Numbered from the stretch's first letter, positions 1 through 10,218 are shown. The stretch is 64,000 bases of DNA from Parcubacteria group bacterium Gr01-1014_20 (GCA_007376265.1 VMFW01000009.1:70592-134591), one strand, 5' to 3'. A program made the numbers and translations. The notes: generated by a model not told the origin, from the sequence alone.

Positions 1-76
1 GAGAGACACAACGGTAACCCTTCAGATGGAGGTGTTCACCAAGCGCCCTCTCTTTTTTTTCTTTTGGTTTTATCAT
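1..76 (-). CDS. rpsD: 30S ribosomal protein S4, N-terminal fragment (gene continues beyond window start)
   Basis: Reverse-strand translation from ATG at 76: MIKPKEKKERALGEHLHLKGYRCVS, matching the S4 N-terminus (LKGERC-like motif). Sits 9 nt downstream of rpsK as in the alpha operon. Not in the ORF track because it is truncated by the window edge. Confidence 0.6.
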   Translation of the reverse strand, partial: MIKPKEKKERALGEHLHLKGYRCVS

Positions 77-85
77 TTTGTAGCG

Positions 86-538
86 TTAAACGCGCCTAGG
101 TTTTTTGGCTTTTGGTCCGTTGTGGGGAATAGGGGTAACATCCCGAATTGAGGTGATATTAAAGCCGTGATTAACTAGGGACCTAAGGGCAGAGTCTCTG
201 CCACCACCAACACCTCTCACGATAACGTCGATATCACTCGGACCAGTGGCTTTAAGTTGTTCGGCGAGCGCTCCAATTACCTTTGAAGAAGCAAAAGGGG
301 TGGCCTTCTTAGGACCGGAAAACCCCATTGATCCAGCTGACATCCAGGTGATGAGATTGCCATTGGCATCAGTGACGCTCACAAGCGTGTTGTTGTAGGA
401 GGCTTTTATATAGATCCTACCGTGATCAATTCTTTTGCTTTTTTTGGTAGACGGAGCCTTACTCAAAGGAGCCTCGGCGCCGGAGATTTCTTTAGTGACT
501 ACCTTTTCACTTGATTGAACTACTTTTTTCTTGCCCAT
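86..538 (-). CDS. rpsK: 30S ribosomal protein S11
   Basis: 150-aa ORF with S11 hallmarks (GRIYIKASYNNTLVSVTDANGN ... TPIPHNG). Confidence 0.9.
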   Translation of the reverse strand: MGKKKVVQSSEKVVTKEISGAEAPLSKAPSTKKSKRIDHGRIYIKASYNNTLVSVTDANGNLITWMSAGSMGFSGPKKATPFASSKVIGALAEQLKATGPSDIDVIVRGVGGGRDSALRSLVNHGFNITSIRDVTPIPHNGPKAKKPRRV

Positions 539-581
539 TTTGAATCAGGTTTTAGTTTTTAGGTTATAGGCTTTGATTGAA

Positions 582-965
582 TTACTTTAAGTCAACTTTA
601 CGCTTACCGCTGCCGGCGGTTTTCCTCACATTGCCTCGAACAGTTCGGGAGTTGGTTTTAGTCCGTTGACCCCGGACTGGCAAACGTCTCAAATGCCTGA
701 CGCCTCGGTAGGCCTGAAGTTCTTTAAGACGCTGGATGTTTTTCTTTAAAGCCTGCCTTAGGGATCCTTCAACAGAAAAATTTTTTTCGATGAAGTTTTG
801 AATTCGATTAATCTCCTCGGATGTTAGGTCTTTGGCGCGCTTGTCTACATTAACTTTTGTTTCGGATAAAATTTTGTCACTGCTGGATTGACCGACACCG
901 TATAGGTAAGTCAGAGCGATTTTAACTTTTTTATTATCTGGAAGGTTGACACCAAAAAGTCTCAT
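582..965 (-). CDS. rpsM: 30S ribosomal protein S13
   Basis: 127-aa ORF; N-terminus MRLFGVNLPDNKKVKIALTYLYGVG matches the S13 family; basic C-terminus. Confidence 0.9.
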   Translation of the reverse strand: MRLFGVNLPDNKKVKIALTYLYGVGQSSSDKILSETKVNVDKRAKDLTSEEINRIQNFIEKNFSVEGSLRQALKKNIQRLKELQAYRGVRHLRRLPVRGQRTKTNSRTVRGNVRKTAGSGKRKVDLK

Positions 966-982
966 GATTTTGTTTAAAGATA

Positions 983-1096
983 TTACCCTTGTCGTTGCTT
1001 ATGCTTAGGGGTTTTGCAAATAATATAAATCCGGCCCGATCTTTTTACGGTCTTACAATTCATACATATCTTCTTAACTGAGGCTCTTACTTTCAT
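983..1096 (-). CDS. rpmJ: 50S ribosomal protein L36
   Basis: Manual translation of the minus strand between rpsM and infA: [37 protein letters not shown] (37 aa, C-x2-C...C zinc ribbon). Canonical infA-rpmJ-rpsM order. Absent from the ORF track because it is shorter than the cutoff. Confidence 0.85.
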   Translation of the reverse strand: MKVRASVKKICMNCKTVKRSGRIYIICKTPKHKQRQG

Positions 1097-1171
1097 AAAA
1101 CTTAGATGTTGTTGTGGGGGCTCAAGTATTTATTGGAGACAACAAGTTCCTCCAAATTCAAAAACTATACA

Positions 1172-1393
1172 CTACAACCTCCTCACAATTCTCCCGCGAC
1201 GACCATCTGGGCTGAGCTCTACGGAAACTCTATCGCCAGGCAGGACTCTGATTCTGTTTATTTTCAGACGGCCAGCTAAGTAGGCCAAGACAGCTCGCCC
1301 GTCCTCAAGGACAACCGAAAAGGCCAGACCCGGGAGGGCCTCCTTAACTTGTCCGTTCCATCGAACCGGCTTCGAATTTTCAGTAGGTGCCAT
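1172..1393 (-). CDS. infA: translation initiation factor IF-1
   Basis: 73-aa S1-like OB protein; [60 protein letters not shown] matches IF-1. Confidence 0.9.
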   Translation of the reverse strand: MAPTENSKPVRWNGQVKEALPGLAFSVVLEDGRAVLAYLAGRLKINRIRVLPGDRVSVELSPDGRRGRIVRRL

Positions 1394-1481
1394 TCATTTT
1401 ACTACAAAACCAGTCAGGCAATTATATGCTAAAAGCTCGGCCTATGTCAACCGAGAGGAGCCCCCCTGCTCAAAGGGGGCG

Positions 1482-3035
1482 CTAGTCGACGTTTATCTTG
1501 ATTTTGGCTGTATTTTGAGGTATTTTTTTCACCCAAACCGGCCAAACTGAAACTCGAGCGGTATCTAAGCCAGGCAAACTCAGTACGAGCGATCTGACGT
1601 CTTCGATCTTTCGACCGATAACCTGATCCTTAAAACTGTCTGCCGAGAACTCTGGGACGAGGTTTGCGGTAACCTCTAGATTAAAGCGAATCTCACCTTT
1701 CACAAGATCAGCTTTGATCTGGCTATAATCAATTTTGATGTCTTTGAAAACGCTTTGCTCATAGTCCCTGGAGGCGAGGGCTTTCAGGTAGGTGGTCACA
1801 TCACCCTCACGAAAAGCCACCCCCTTCAGTGTCGCCTCTCCGGTAACCTGAAAGTTGCCTTTTTCATCTGTGCTTTTGTTTACGCTAATTTTTGTAACCT
1901 TGATTTCATAGGCTTCATCGAAAATTTTAAAATCCTTAGGACGGTTGTTTAGAAATTCATTTTTGAGGGTGGCTTTAAGGAGCTCGGCTGTTTTCTCTTT
2001 GGCCATGGCGATATCTTTCTCAGTTGGAACGGATTTCTCACCAATGAAACCGCCAGTGGCTTTAACAAGAGATCCGTAAAAAGCTTGGTACTTTGGAGTC
2101 CCCTTGAACCCAGGGATGGATAACCCTTCAACTGGTCCAAGATTATATTCAGCCCCGGGCTGGTCGGCGGCGACGTCGGCTTCGATGCTCGATGGAATAA
2201 TCTTCCCCTCCTTGATCTCTGCGCCTGGAATAGTGACCGATTTTGTCAGTCGGAATATTTTGTTATCAGGAGTCAGGAAGCGGGTGTCAACAACAAGACC
2301 TTGCTTGGCAGAACTGTAGGCGTTGTAAATGACAATTTTGCCGGTGGCTTTTTCTTTGACGCTCGCCCGGCCGGTCGCAGGAAACAATTCTGTCGCATTT
2401 TTTGCCTGGGTGAAAACTTCGGCTGGCAAGCTATTTTCGCTGGCGCTAATTTTATTGATTTCGGCTTTGGCGATAACGTCACCTTTATGCTGCCAGGGCG
2501 TTTCTTTGAAATTAATAAAAATTTCCGCTTTAGCGAAACTGCTCGCAACCCAAAAATAACCAACTAAAGCCAAGACAACACATAGCCAGACCATAAGAAA
2601 TGCTGGTCTCAAAAACCAACGGCTAGATTTTTTGGTCTCACTTGCCTCATAGGCCTCCTCCAGGCGACGGTTTTTTGAACTCTTCACTTCCGGTTTGCGG
2701 ACTAGATCATCTTCGGTAAGTTCTGGAGACCCAGCTTCATCCATTGGGACGATATCGGACAGCGAGGATCCCCTTTTCCTTTTCTTAAATAGCGGGTGGA
2801 TGGCCTCGATGTGGCTAGCTTTAGCCAAAGCCAAAACGCCTTCGTCGACTGACTCGATCAGGATTGACTTTCCCGCCTCGGAAGCTTCGCGCTTGATTAG
2901 GTGAAAATTGCTGACGGATTCTTCGAGGATAGTATTTTTCGGGACGACCAGAACTATTTCCAAGTCCTCCTCCTCGAGGATCTTTTCAACAACCTCCGCA
3001 ATGCTGTCGTTCTTGCCGACAAAAATTTTTTTCAT
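1482..3035 (-). CDS. hypothetical membrane-anchored protein (one internal TM helix, no recognisable domain)
   Basis: 517-aa ORF. Hydrophobic segment WFLRPAFLMVWLCVVLALVGYFWVA. Many plus-strand ORFs in the track overlap it antisense and are treated as spurious. Confidence 0.5.
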   Translation of the reverse strand: MKKIFVGKNDSIAEVVEKILEEEDLEIVLVVPKNTILEESVSNFHLIKREASEAGKSILIESVDEGVLALAKASHIEAIHPLFKKRKRGSSLSDIVPMDEAGSPELTEDDLVRKPEVKSSKNRRLEEAYEASETKKSSRWFLRPAFLMVWLCVVLALVGYFWVASSFAKAEIFINFKETPWQHKGDVIAKAEINKISASENSLPAEVFTQAKNATELFPATGRASVKEKATGKIVIYNAYSSAKQGLVVDTRFLTPDNKIFRLTKSVTIPGAEIKEGKIIPSSIEADVAADQPGAEYNLGPVEGLSIPGFKGTPKYQAFYGSLVKATGGFIGEKSVPTEKDIAMAKEKTAELLKATLKNEFLNNRPKDFKIFDEAYEIKVTKISVNKSTDEKGNFQVTGEATLKGVAFREGDVTTYLKALASRDYEQSVFKDIKIDYSQIKADLVKGEIRFNLEVTANLVPEFSADSFKDQVIGRKIEDVRSLVLSLPGLDTARVSVWPVWVKKIPQNTAKIKINVD

Positions 3036-3110
3036 TATTTTTATAGTAAAAAACTCTTACACCTCCTGGAGGATGTACATAGATATTACACCAAATTTAG
3101 GATTTTGAAA

Positions 3111-4268
3111 CTAACTGCTTGAGCCCAGCCAGTGAAGTCGCCGGCGAAGCCAGTGGTTAATTGAAGATTCTTTATCATTATTATAGTAAAATTCGAAAAA
3201 TGGAGCGAGCCGTCTCGAAATTTCGTGAGCTCCAATCGGCCAATCTCGAAAATCGGCCTTGAAACCGAGCTTATCTAAAACAGGCATAACGGGCAAATCA
3301 ACAATTGTCATTCCCCTTAATCGTTTAGGGAAAACCGTTGGGATGGGCAGATGCGTATCCATAAAAACCTGACCCTTAAGATTGGCCTTCTTGAGTTCCT
3401 TATAAAGTGATTCTATGACTGGACTTGTAAGCCGGCTTAAGTATCGGAACACGTGGGGCGAGACGTCTTTTTTGAGGTAGTTTGAATATATCTCTCTCGC
3501 TATCGACTCGTCTACTCCCCAGGCCTTTGATATTTCCGAAATCATTTTATCGGCCAGCCAGTTAATTTTAAACCTCCTAACAATTGAGTTTTTGGAAGAC
3601 CGATCTATATGAAAAGCGGTGGTGCCATCTTTTTCTATGACAACGAGACTGAAGGGGGTGCGTTTTATTTTCTCGAGCACGGAAATTTCCGCGCGTGAAA
3701 GTTCGGTGAAAAAGAAGTTCCTAGTTTCGCCGATATTGAAGAAGTTTTTCCAATCATCAAAGATTTTCCGAGTAGTGAGGGTTAGTTCAAAAATCGCGTC
3801 GATATGTTTGGCTTTGAAATCGATGGGATTGACCACTTGGTGGTTATCGATTTTGAAACCAATCACACGATTGTCGATGAGGATTGTGTCGAGTTCGTCG
3901 ATGCCGAGTGACCGGCTCGCAAAAGCTCGGCATTGGTTGAAGATCTTGGCGGTCGCTTGAGCCAAAAGATTTTCTAATTCACCGGCTTGAATAGGAGAGG
4001 CATGCGAGTTTTTTTCTCTTTCGAGTCTGATGGGGATGACAGTGGTGACGGCTAGAACGGGACTCGCGGAGACAATTACGTTCCACTTGGTAATCTTTTG
4101 GCGAAAGTGCCTGGAAAGATTGGACCAGGAAAAGTTGCTCCAAATTTTCTCAAGTTTTATTTTTTTTCCCTGATCAATGCTAATTAACAGGCCCCTCGTT
4201 GCCCTGGGGTAAACTTCTAGGAGAAGAAACTTTTCCCGAGAATAATCTATAAATGGTAGCTTGATCAC
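3111..4268 (-). CDS. hypothetical protein (possibly a divergent actin-fold FtsA/PilM-like protein, unproven)
   Basis: 385-aa ORF directly upstream of smc; no clear motif recognised by eye. Confidence 0.4.
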   Translation of the reverse strand: MIKLPFIDYSREKFLLLEVYPRATRGLLISIDQGKKIKLEKIWSNFSWSNLSRHFRQKITKWNVIVSASPVLAVTTVIPIRLEREKNSHASPIQAGELENLLAQATAKIFNQCRAFASRSLGIDELDTILIDNRVIGFKIDNHQVVNPIDFKAKHIDAIFELTLTTRKIFDDWKNFFNIGETRNFFFTELSRAEISVLEKIKRTPFSLVVIEKDGTTAFHIDRSSKNSIVRRFKINWLADKMISEISKAWGVDESIAREIYSNYLKKDVSPHVFRYLSRLTSPVIESLYKELKKANLKGQVFMDTHLPIPTVFPKRLRGMTIVDLPVMPVLDKLGFKADFRDWPIGAHEISRRLAPFFEFYYNNDKESSINHWLRRRLHWLGSSS

Positions 4269-4310
4269 TGTTTGATTTTAACATAAAGCGGGAGTTTATT
4301 TTTGATGATT

Positions 4311-6491
4311 TTATGCTTCTAGCTTGAGCGATAAAATTTTTGAGGTTCCGTCGGCGGAAAGGGTCACGCCGTATAGGATGTCGGCGGCTTCCATGGTGGC
4401 TCGGTTGTGAGTGACAACCACGAATTGGGTTTTTTTAGAGAACTCGGCGAGGATTTGGGCAAAGCGACGAGTGTTTCGTTCGTCGAGCGCTGCGTCAATC
4501 TCATCGAGAACCAAAAAGGGCGGCGGACTAACGGAAATCATGGCGAAAAGAGCCGCGATACCAACTAGGCTTCTTTCTCCACCGGAGAGGACATCCAAAG
4601 AATTCAGGCGCTTTTTGGGGATGGAAAGATCGATTTCGATGCCACCTTCGCTTTCAGCAGTCTCCTCAAGAGAAACGGCCGCAACATTTTTCTCGGCGTC
4701 GACTTCGGTTTCGCCAGTCTTTAAAGCTACGATTTTAGGCTTCACGTATTTCAGCTTGGCATGACCACCTCCAAACATAGTTTTAAAGAACTCATTAAAT
4801 TCAGTATTGATCTTAATCAAGGCCTCGCCAAAACCGATCTTTATTTTTTCGTTTAGTTCATCAATCATGACCCTTAGGTCGGTTTCAGCGCTCTCCGCGT
4901 CAAGGAGCTCGCGGCTTAGGAATTGGTACCGGCTTTCAGTATCTTGCGCCTCTTTCATGACGGACGCGTCTACTTCACCAATAGAAGCCAAGTCGCCCCG
5001 GAGTTTGAATATTTTTTTCTCCATCTCTCTTAAATCTTCCACGCTGGCCTTGCTAACTTGACTGGGCTCCAAAGCAAACTCGTGGGGGTGGCGATTGGCT
5101 TGAGTAATCTGCCGCTTCAACTCTTCGAGTCTTAGATCAAGTTTTTCTTTATCAAAAAGGCGTCTTTGGTTACGACTTTCCCATTCTTCGATCTTTGATT
5201 TAACCAATTCAACCATCAAAACAGCTTCCTTGAATGAGAGATGAAACTCGCTTTGGCTTTTTTCAAGATGCTTCTCCTTGGTAGCTAAGCTCTCCAGGCT
5301 GTTTTCTATTGACTTAAGACTAGAGTTTATCGATTCCAACTTTTCTCGAATCGAATTTGGGGTTGGCGTTGGTGATTTTCTCGAACCGGACAAAACTGAA
5401 TCTATTTCAGCGATGATCTTCTTGGTTACAAGCGACAGGCCCTCAAAGTCCTTAGTAAGGGCGACACTCAATTCCTCTCTGACTTTTTTAACAAGGGTGG
5501 ATAAATCTAGAAGCGTGTTGGGGCCGGACACCCCCTTTGAAGACTCAATCTCAATTTGAGCTTCAAGCCGACCAACTTCTTTCTGGATTTGGCTTCTCTT
5601 TTCGAGGAGCGCGCGAGTTTCTTCTTTGATTTTTCTTAACTCCTCCCTTTCTTTGGGCTCACCCATTTCAACCTTCCGTTGGTGTTCCTCGGCCCTGCTC
5701 TTTTCCGCCTGAAGGTTCTTGATCTCGCCTTCATGGCCTCGGATGTCTTCTTTTGTTTTTTCTATTTCGAAGTGGAGGCCTTTTAGTTGAGGTCCAAAAA
5801 AACCCCTTTCTAATTCCTTTAGCTCCTGTTCTAATACCCCCCTCTTTTCCCAACGGCCGGTTTGCCGCCGAAGCGATCTGAGGTGGGGCAATATTTCTTC
5901 AATTAAAGCTTTGGCTTTGTCCAGATTGATGCGAGTGTTTTTGAGTCGGTTCTCGGCTTGGGCTTTTTTTATTTGATATTCTCGTAGGCCCAACATTTCT
6001 TCGATCATCTCCCGACGCTCTTTGGGGGTGGCCCGAATAAAAAGGTCGCTATTGCCCTGCCCGATGATGGTCATGCCCTTGGCGCCAAGCCTCACTTTGG
6101 CAAAAAAATCAATTAGATCCTTTAGTCGGATTTCGGATTTGTTTAAAAAATAGCGACTGGAGCCGTCCCGACTGACTTCTCTAGAAATAACCACTTCCGC
6201 AAAATCAACTGGAAAAAAGCCATTCCGATTGTCGAAGTGAAGGCTGGCCTGGGCCAGGCTCTGTCTTGGGCGCGAGGGGTTGCCGGCAAAAATTAAATCC
6301 TCGGCTTTGGCGCCGCGAAGGTTCTTGGCCTCTCTCTCCCCCAAAAGCCAGCGGATGGCGTCGACGATATTGGACTTACCGGAACCGTTTGGTCCGACTA
6401 TAGCTGTAACACCAGCGGGAAAATCAAGAGTGGTTTTACCAGAAAAAGACTTAAATCCGTTCAGCTCGAGACGCTTAAGTAGGTTCGGCAT
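4311..6491 (-). CDS. smc: SMC-family chromosome segregation ATPase, compact form (726 aa)
   Basis: N-terminal Walker A FPAGVTAIVGPNGSGKSNIVDAIRWLLGE. C-terminal signature and Walker B LSGGERSLVGIAALFAMI ... FLVLDEIDAALDE. Long charged coiled-coil middle. Shorter than the canonical ~1180-aa SMC. Confidence 0.8.
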   Translation of the reverse strand: MPNLLKRLELNGFKSFSGKTTLDFPAGVTAIVGPNGSGKSNIVDAIRWLLGEREAKNLRGAKAEDLIFAGNPSRPRQSLAQASLHFDNRNGFFPVDFAEVVISREVSRDGSSRYFLNKSEIRLKDLIDFFAKVRLGAKGMTIIGQGNSDLFIRATPKERREMIEEMLGLREYQIKKAQAENRLKNTRINLDKAKALIEEILPHLRSLRRQTGRWEKRGVLEQELKELERGFFGPQLKGLHFEIEKTKEDIRGHEGEIKNLQAEKSRAEEHQRKVEMGEPKEREELRKIKEETRALLEKRSQIQKEVGRLEAQIEIESSKGVSGPNTLLDLSTLVKKVREELSVALTKDFEGLSLVTKKIIAEIDSVLSGSRKSPTPTPNSIREKLESINSSLKSIENSLESLATKEKHLEKSQSEFHLSFKEAVLMVELVKSKIEEWESRNQRRLFDKEKLDLRLEELKRQITQANRHPHEFALEPSQVSKASVEDLREMEKKIFKLRGDLASIGEVDASVMKEAQDTESRYQFLSRELLDAESAETDLRVMIDELNEKIKIGFGEALIKINTEFNEFFKTMFGGGHAKLKYVKPKIVALKTGETEVDAEKNVAAVSLEETAESEGGIEIDLSIPKKRLNSLDVLSGGERSLVGIAALFAMISVSPPPFLVLDEIDAALDERNTRRFAQILAEFSKKTQFVVVTHNRATMEAADILYGVTLSADGTSKILSLKLEA

Positions 6492-6497
6492 CGAAAA

Positions 6498-7184
6498 CTA
6501 TTTGTACTTTTTGAGGGCGTTTTTGGCGGCTTCAACTTCGGCTTCCTGCTTTGACGTCCCAACCCCTTCCGCGATGAACTGATCAGAAAAATATACTCCG
6601 ACTTTGAAAACTTTTTGATGAGCGGGACCGGACTCTTCAATAACTTTATACCCTGGGGTGACTTTCATTCTTTCCTGAACCACCTCTTGGAGTTCACTTT
6701 TGGAATCTTTGTAGCTCTTGTTTTTAATGATGGCGGCAAGGTGCTTGAAGATAAAAGTTTCGATGAACTTTCTCGCGGAAGCAAATCCTTGGTCTCGATG
6801 GATAGCCCCGATTAAGGCTTCAATAGCGTTCGCCAAAATCACCTCTCGCGCTTTGCCGGTGTCTTTGGCTTCGCCTTTTGACATCAAAATGTACTTATCA
6901 AGACCGATCTCGGAGGCAACCTTGGCAAGGAGTTGGTAGTTCACGAGCGAGGCCCGAAGAACTGTGAGCTGCCCCTCGGGAAAACTTGGATACTTTGCGA
7001 ATAACTCTTCGCTTACGGCGAGCTCTAAAACCGCATCGCCGAGATACTCAAGTCGCTCGTTATGAGGGACTGACCATTTCGGTTCTTCGTTTATGAAAGA
7101 CCGGTGAGTAAGAGCTTCTTTGAGCAACTCTTCATTTTTAAATTTAATTTCTATTTTTTTTTCCAGTTCAGCCAATTTTATCAT
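6498..7184 (-). CDS. rnc: ribonuclease III
   Basis: RNase III signature ERLEYLGDAVLELAVSEELF plus a C-terminal dsRBD. Confidence 0.9.
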   Translation of the reverse strand: MIKLAELEKKIEIKFKNEELLKEALTHRSFINEEPKWSVPHNERLEYLGDAVLELAVSEELFAKYPSFPEGQLTVLRASLVNYQLLAKVASEIGLDKYILMSKGEAKDTGKAREVILANAIEALIGAIHRDQGFASARKFIETFIFKHLAAIIKNKSYKDSKSELQEVVQERMKVTPGYKVIEESGPAHQKVFKVGVYFSDQFIAEGVGTSKQEAEVEAAKNALKKYK

Positions 7185-7201
7185 CCAATTTAGAATAAGT
7201 T

Positions 7202-7663
7202 TTATTTTTTATCTTCCTTACTGGCCGCAGTTTTTTCTTCTTTCGCTTTTTCTATTTCTCGAAAGATTGTGCCCAAGACACCGTTTATAAATTTAACGGC
7301 ATTCGGGCCACCATAATTCTTAGCCATTTCGATTGCCTCATTGATGGCAACCTTAGGCGGAACCTCTTCTTGATCGGAGTAAAGAAGTTCAGCGAGGCCA
7401 ATTCTCAAGACATTGCGATTTATAATGGCAATTTTGTCGAGGGGCCACTCTGGGGCGGCTTTGGTTAAAATCTTGTCGATGCTCGTCAGGTGATCAGTCA
7501 CCTTCTTTAGGGTTTTAACGGCGAATTCTGGCTCATCCGCGCCGGGAGCAAACTCTTCGATATTCCTCGTGAGGATTTCGTCTAGGTTTTTGGCTTTGTT
7601 ATAAAAATCCCACTCGTAGAGAGATTGGAGGACGACTGTGCGAAGGAGATGTCGTGTGGCCAT
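7202..7663 (-). CDS. nusB: transcription antitermination factor NusB
   Basis: 153-aa all-helical ORF with the NusB-like N-terminus ([17 protein letters not shown]) and conserved core. Confidence 0.8.
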   Translation of the reverse strand: MATRHLLRTVVLQSLYEWDFYNKAKNLDEILTRNIEEFAPGADEPEFAVKTLKKVTDHLTSIDKILTKAAPEWPLDKIAIINRNVLRIGLAELLYSDQEEVPPKVAINEAIEMAKNYGGPNAVKFINGVLGTIFREIEKAKEEKTAASKEDKK

Positions 7664-7739
7664 TTTAAAGTATCAGCTGTCGGGTCCCACGTGTCAGGTA
7701 CCAAGAAAATTCATGGCACTTGACACATGACACGGAAAA

Positions 7740-7892
7740 CTACTTCTTGCCGCACGCGCGGCAAGCCCGGTGGGGAAACTTGGGCGCGCTGCAGTTCTTA
7801 CAAACCAAAAGGCGCTCTTTTTTGAGCGCGTGGTGGGACCGCCTTCGGCCCACTTTGCCTTTGGAGTGATGTTTTATAGGTACGCCACCCAT
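7740..7892 (-). CDS. rpmF: 50S ribosomal protein L32
   Basis: Manual translation: MGGVPIKHHSKGKVGRRRSHHALKKERLLVCKNCSAPKFPHRACRACGKK (50 aa), typical L32 with a C-x2-C ... C-x2-C zinc ribbon. Not in the ORF track. Confidence 0.85.
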   Translation of the reverse strand: MGGVPIKHHSKGKVGRRRSHHALKKERLLVCKNCSAPKFPHRACRACGKK

Positions 7893-7934
7893 GGGAAGAA
7901 GTTTAAAATGAAAAGTTAAGAAAGTAAAGTAGCG

Positions 7935-8822
7935 TCAGCCGTTACTGAAAGATTTTCCGTTTTCGAGAATATGGACACGATCTTCGATATTTCCTAGCTT
8001 GGCCAAATTCCCTAAGATACCAGCCGGCTCGTTGATTGGCTCAAGCGACAATTTAAAATTTCCCCAGTGGATGGGAATGAGGTGTTTAGCCTTCAGGTCT
8101 TTAAAGGCCTGAAGGGCATCTTCGGGATTCATATGGTTTGGCCTGAATGTGGGCGGATTATTGTAGGCTCCGATCGGAAGGATAGCAAAACCAACCGAAT
8201 ATTTCGAACTGACTTTTTTGAATAAATCTCCGTAGCCTGTATCACCCCCGAAAAAAACGCTTTTCCCGTTGTTTTCAAATAAATAAGCATTGTAGCCTCG
8301 CTCTTCTTTTTCCCATAAGTATCTAAACCCCCAATGCCGAGGTTTAAAAGTATGAATGGTAACCTCTTTTTTGTATGTCTCTCCCCAACCGAGTTCGACA
8401 ACATTTTTGAATTCCATGCCACGTATTAAATCTAAACATCTTGATGGGATGATTAAGTTGGCTGTTTTAGGGGCGAGAAGACGAAGACTTTTTTTATGAA
8501 AATGGTCGAGGTGGGCATGAGATATAACTAAATAGTCGATAGGTGGTAATTCTGAAACTTCGAAGGGATAGGCAACGGATCGGCGAATAAATGGTGGAAG
8601 CCAGTTTGAGAATATTGGGTCGGTAAGTATGGTTTTCCCAAGTAAATTAATTAAAACCGTGGCGTGGCCAAGCGCCCAGATTCTTATCTCATTTGATTTA
8701 ATGACAATTTCTTCTTTAGGGGCCTTGCGGATTGGCTTGAAAAGACTCACTAAGTTGTAAAAAAGCAACTTAAATATAAAAGAAAAGGGTGGTCGTCTTA
8801 AGGTTGAACTCGTCTTTGGCAT
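7935..8822 (-). CDS. MBL-fold metallo-hydrolase
   Basis: HxHxDH motif (LVISHAHLDHF); N-terminal hydrophobic segment. COG2220-like. Confidence 0.6.
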   Translation of the reverse strand: MPKTSSTLRRPPFSFIFKLLFYNLVSLFKPIRKAPKEEIVIKSNEIRIWALGHATVLINLLGKTILTDPIFSNWLPPFIRRSVAYPFEVSELPPIDYLVISHAHLDHFHKKSLRLLAPKTANLIIPSRCLDLIRGMEFKNVVELGWGETYKKEVTIHTFKPRHWGFRYLWEKEERGYNAYLFENNGKSVFFGGDTGYGDLFKKVSSKYSVGFAILPIGAYNNPPTFRPNHMNPEDALQAFKDLKAKHLIPIHWGNFKLSLEPINEPAGILGNLAKLGNIEDRVHILENGKSFSNG

Positions 8823-8826
8823 TGGT

Positions 8827-9417
8827 TTAAATAAATCTTAAGAAGCTGCGTCGATGGACTATCAACGGACCAAACTTTTTTATTACCTGAATATGCCGCT
8901 TGGTGCCGTAGCCTTTGTGGGTTTCAAAATTATACTTGGGGTATTTTTTGGCGAGGCGGGCCATAAACTTGTCCCGGGAAACTTTGGCGATGATGGAGGC
9001 GATTTTTATAGCGGTGATTTTTTCGTCGCCTCGGATCACAGTTTTAGCAGGAATTCTATTTTTTCCACCACCCAGGTATAGTCCCCCATCCAAGTAAACA
9101 TCTGGGACCTTATATATAATACCGGACACTAGCCGTTCGTAGGCGTGGAGAGCGGCGAGGTTGGCGGCGTTCGAAATGTTAATCTGATCAATTTTCTTGG
9201 GATATACTCTGGCCAGAGTATATAGTACGTCGGGGTGATTTTTAAAAAACCTGAACCACTTTTCGCGCTTTTGGGAATTTACTTTCTTCGAATCCTTCAT
9301 AATTCCTAATTCATAATTCATAATTCTCAATCCTTTTGGAATTAAGACCGCCGCCACAACTACCGGACCGGCCAAAGAACCTCGTCCGACTTCATCGAGA
9401 CCGATCACGTATTTCAT
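8827..9417 (-). CDS. rnhB: ribonuclease HII
   Basis: N-terminus GLDEVGRGSLAGPVVVAAVL matches the RNase HII active-site region. Confidence 0.85.
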   Translation of the reverse strand: MKYVIGLDEVGRGSLAGPVVVAAVLIPKGLRIMNYELGIMKDSKKVNSQKREKWFRFFKNHPDVLYTLARVYPKKIDQINISNAANLAALHAYERLVSGIIYKVPDVYLDGGLYLGGGKNRIPAKTVIRGDEKITAIKIASIIAKVSRDKFMARLAKKYPKYNFETHKGYGTKRHIQVIKKFGPLIVHRRSFLRFI

Positions 9418-9442
9418 CGCTTAAATTTTATCATAAGAAAAA

Positions 9443-9467
9443 GCCCTCCAACGTAGCGTCGGAGGGC
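9443..9467. terminator. palindromic intrinsic terminator, copy 1 of a repeated family (GCCCTCCAACGTAGCGTCGGAGGGC)
   Basis: GC-rich hairpin flanked by an A-run on the plus strand (T-run on the minus strand) immediately after the stop of the 9475..10218 gene. Same motif recurs at 14771 and 19819. Confidence 0.6.
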
Positions 9468-9474
9468 TTGAAAG

Positions 9475-10218
9475 TTACTTGCTTGCAGCGAGGTACTGCA
9501 TCACTTCATAAAACTCACCCTTAGGAATTCGGTGGGTGGCCATGTAGAGCTCGAGAAGTTCCTCGATGCCGAAGAGGTAATAGACGTTATAGCCGGCATC
9601 TCGAAGCAGCTTGCTTCCGCCACGGGATCGATCCACGATCGCCAAGATGTCATAAACGCGGAGACCATTGGCCTCGAGAACCCTGGCGGCCTCAAGCGTG
9701 CATTGTCCTCGGTCAATGACCTCGGTGACCAGCAGGACACTTTCGCCGGGTTTGAATTTACCATCGACGGCGTTAAGGATTCTCTTCTCGCCAGTGGTTG
9801 CATCGACTTCTTTTGAGAGTTTCAACAAATGAATGCGCCCGCTCGGACACCCTTCGGACATGGCTTTGGCATACGGATTGGCGGAGTTTGGTACCGCGCA
9901 GACATATCCGTAGTCCAGTCGATTGATTCTTGCCATGCCGTAAAGGATCGAGCCGATTTCGGCAAGATTTTCCGGAGAAACGGGTCCGGGACATTTAGGA
10001 TCGTTGACTAGCCGAAAATCCAGAAACACCGGTGAGAGCGGAGCGGTGGGATCTTTTTCATGATCCTTCAGCTTATATCCCTCACCGTGAGGAGATTGGG
10101 CTTTGGTTTTGACGACCCCGATCTTGAAAAGTCTGGCGGCTACAACGTCTGACATGGTTCGGAGCGATAGAACTACGGCATCCTCGTCGTGGTGCATAAA
10201 CCGACCCTCCTTGCCCAT
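9475..10218 (-). CDS. type I phosphoribosyltransferase, orotate phosphoribosyltransferase-like
   Basis: PRPP-binding motif VLLVTEVIDRGQCTLEAARVLEANG aligns with PyrE VMLVDDVITAGTAIRE. 247 aa with an N-terminal extension. Confidence 0.5.
   Translation of the reverse strand: MGKEGRFMHHDEDAVVLSLRTMSDVVAARLFKIGVVKTKAQSPHGEGYKLKDHEKDPTAPLSPVFLDFRLVNDPKCPGPVSPENLAEIGSILYGMARINRLDYGYVCAVPNSANPYAKAMSEGCPSGRIHLLKLSKEVDATTGEKRILNAVDGKFKPGESVLLVTEVIDRGQCTLEAARVLEANGLRVYDILAIVDRSRGGSKLLRDAGYNVYYLFGIEELLELYMATHRIPKGEFYEVMQYLAASK

Noticed and set aside
1755-2567. Multiple plus-strand ORFs (1755..1952, 2104..2319, 2301..2567, 2329..2559 and similar antisense ORFs at 4411..4764, 53263..53802, 55363..55953, 59450..59908, 61373..61780)
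   Set aside because: All lie entirely inside longer, well-supported minus-strand genes on the opposite strand, have no SD or motif, and have low-complexity composition; treated as antisense artefacts.
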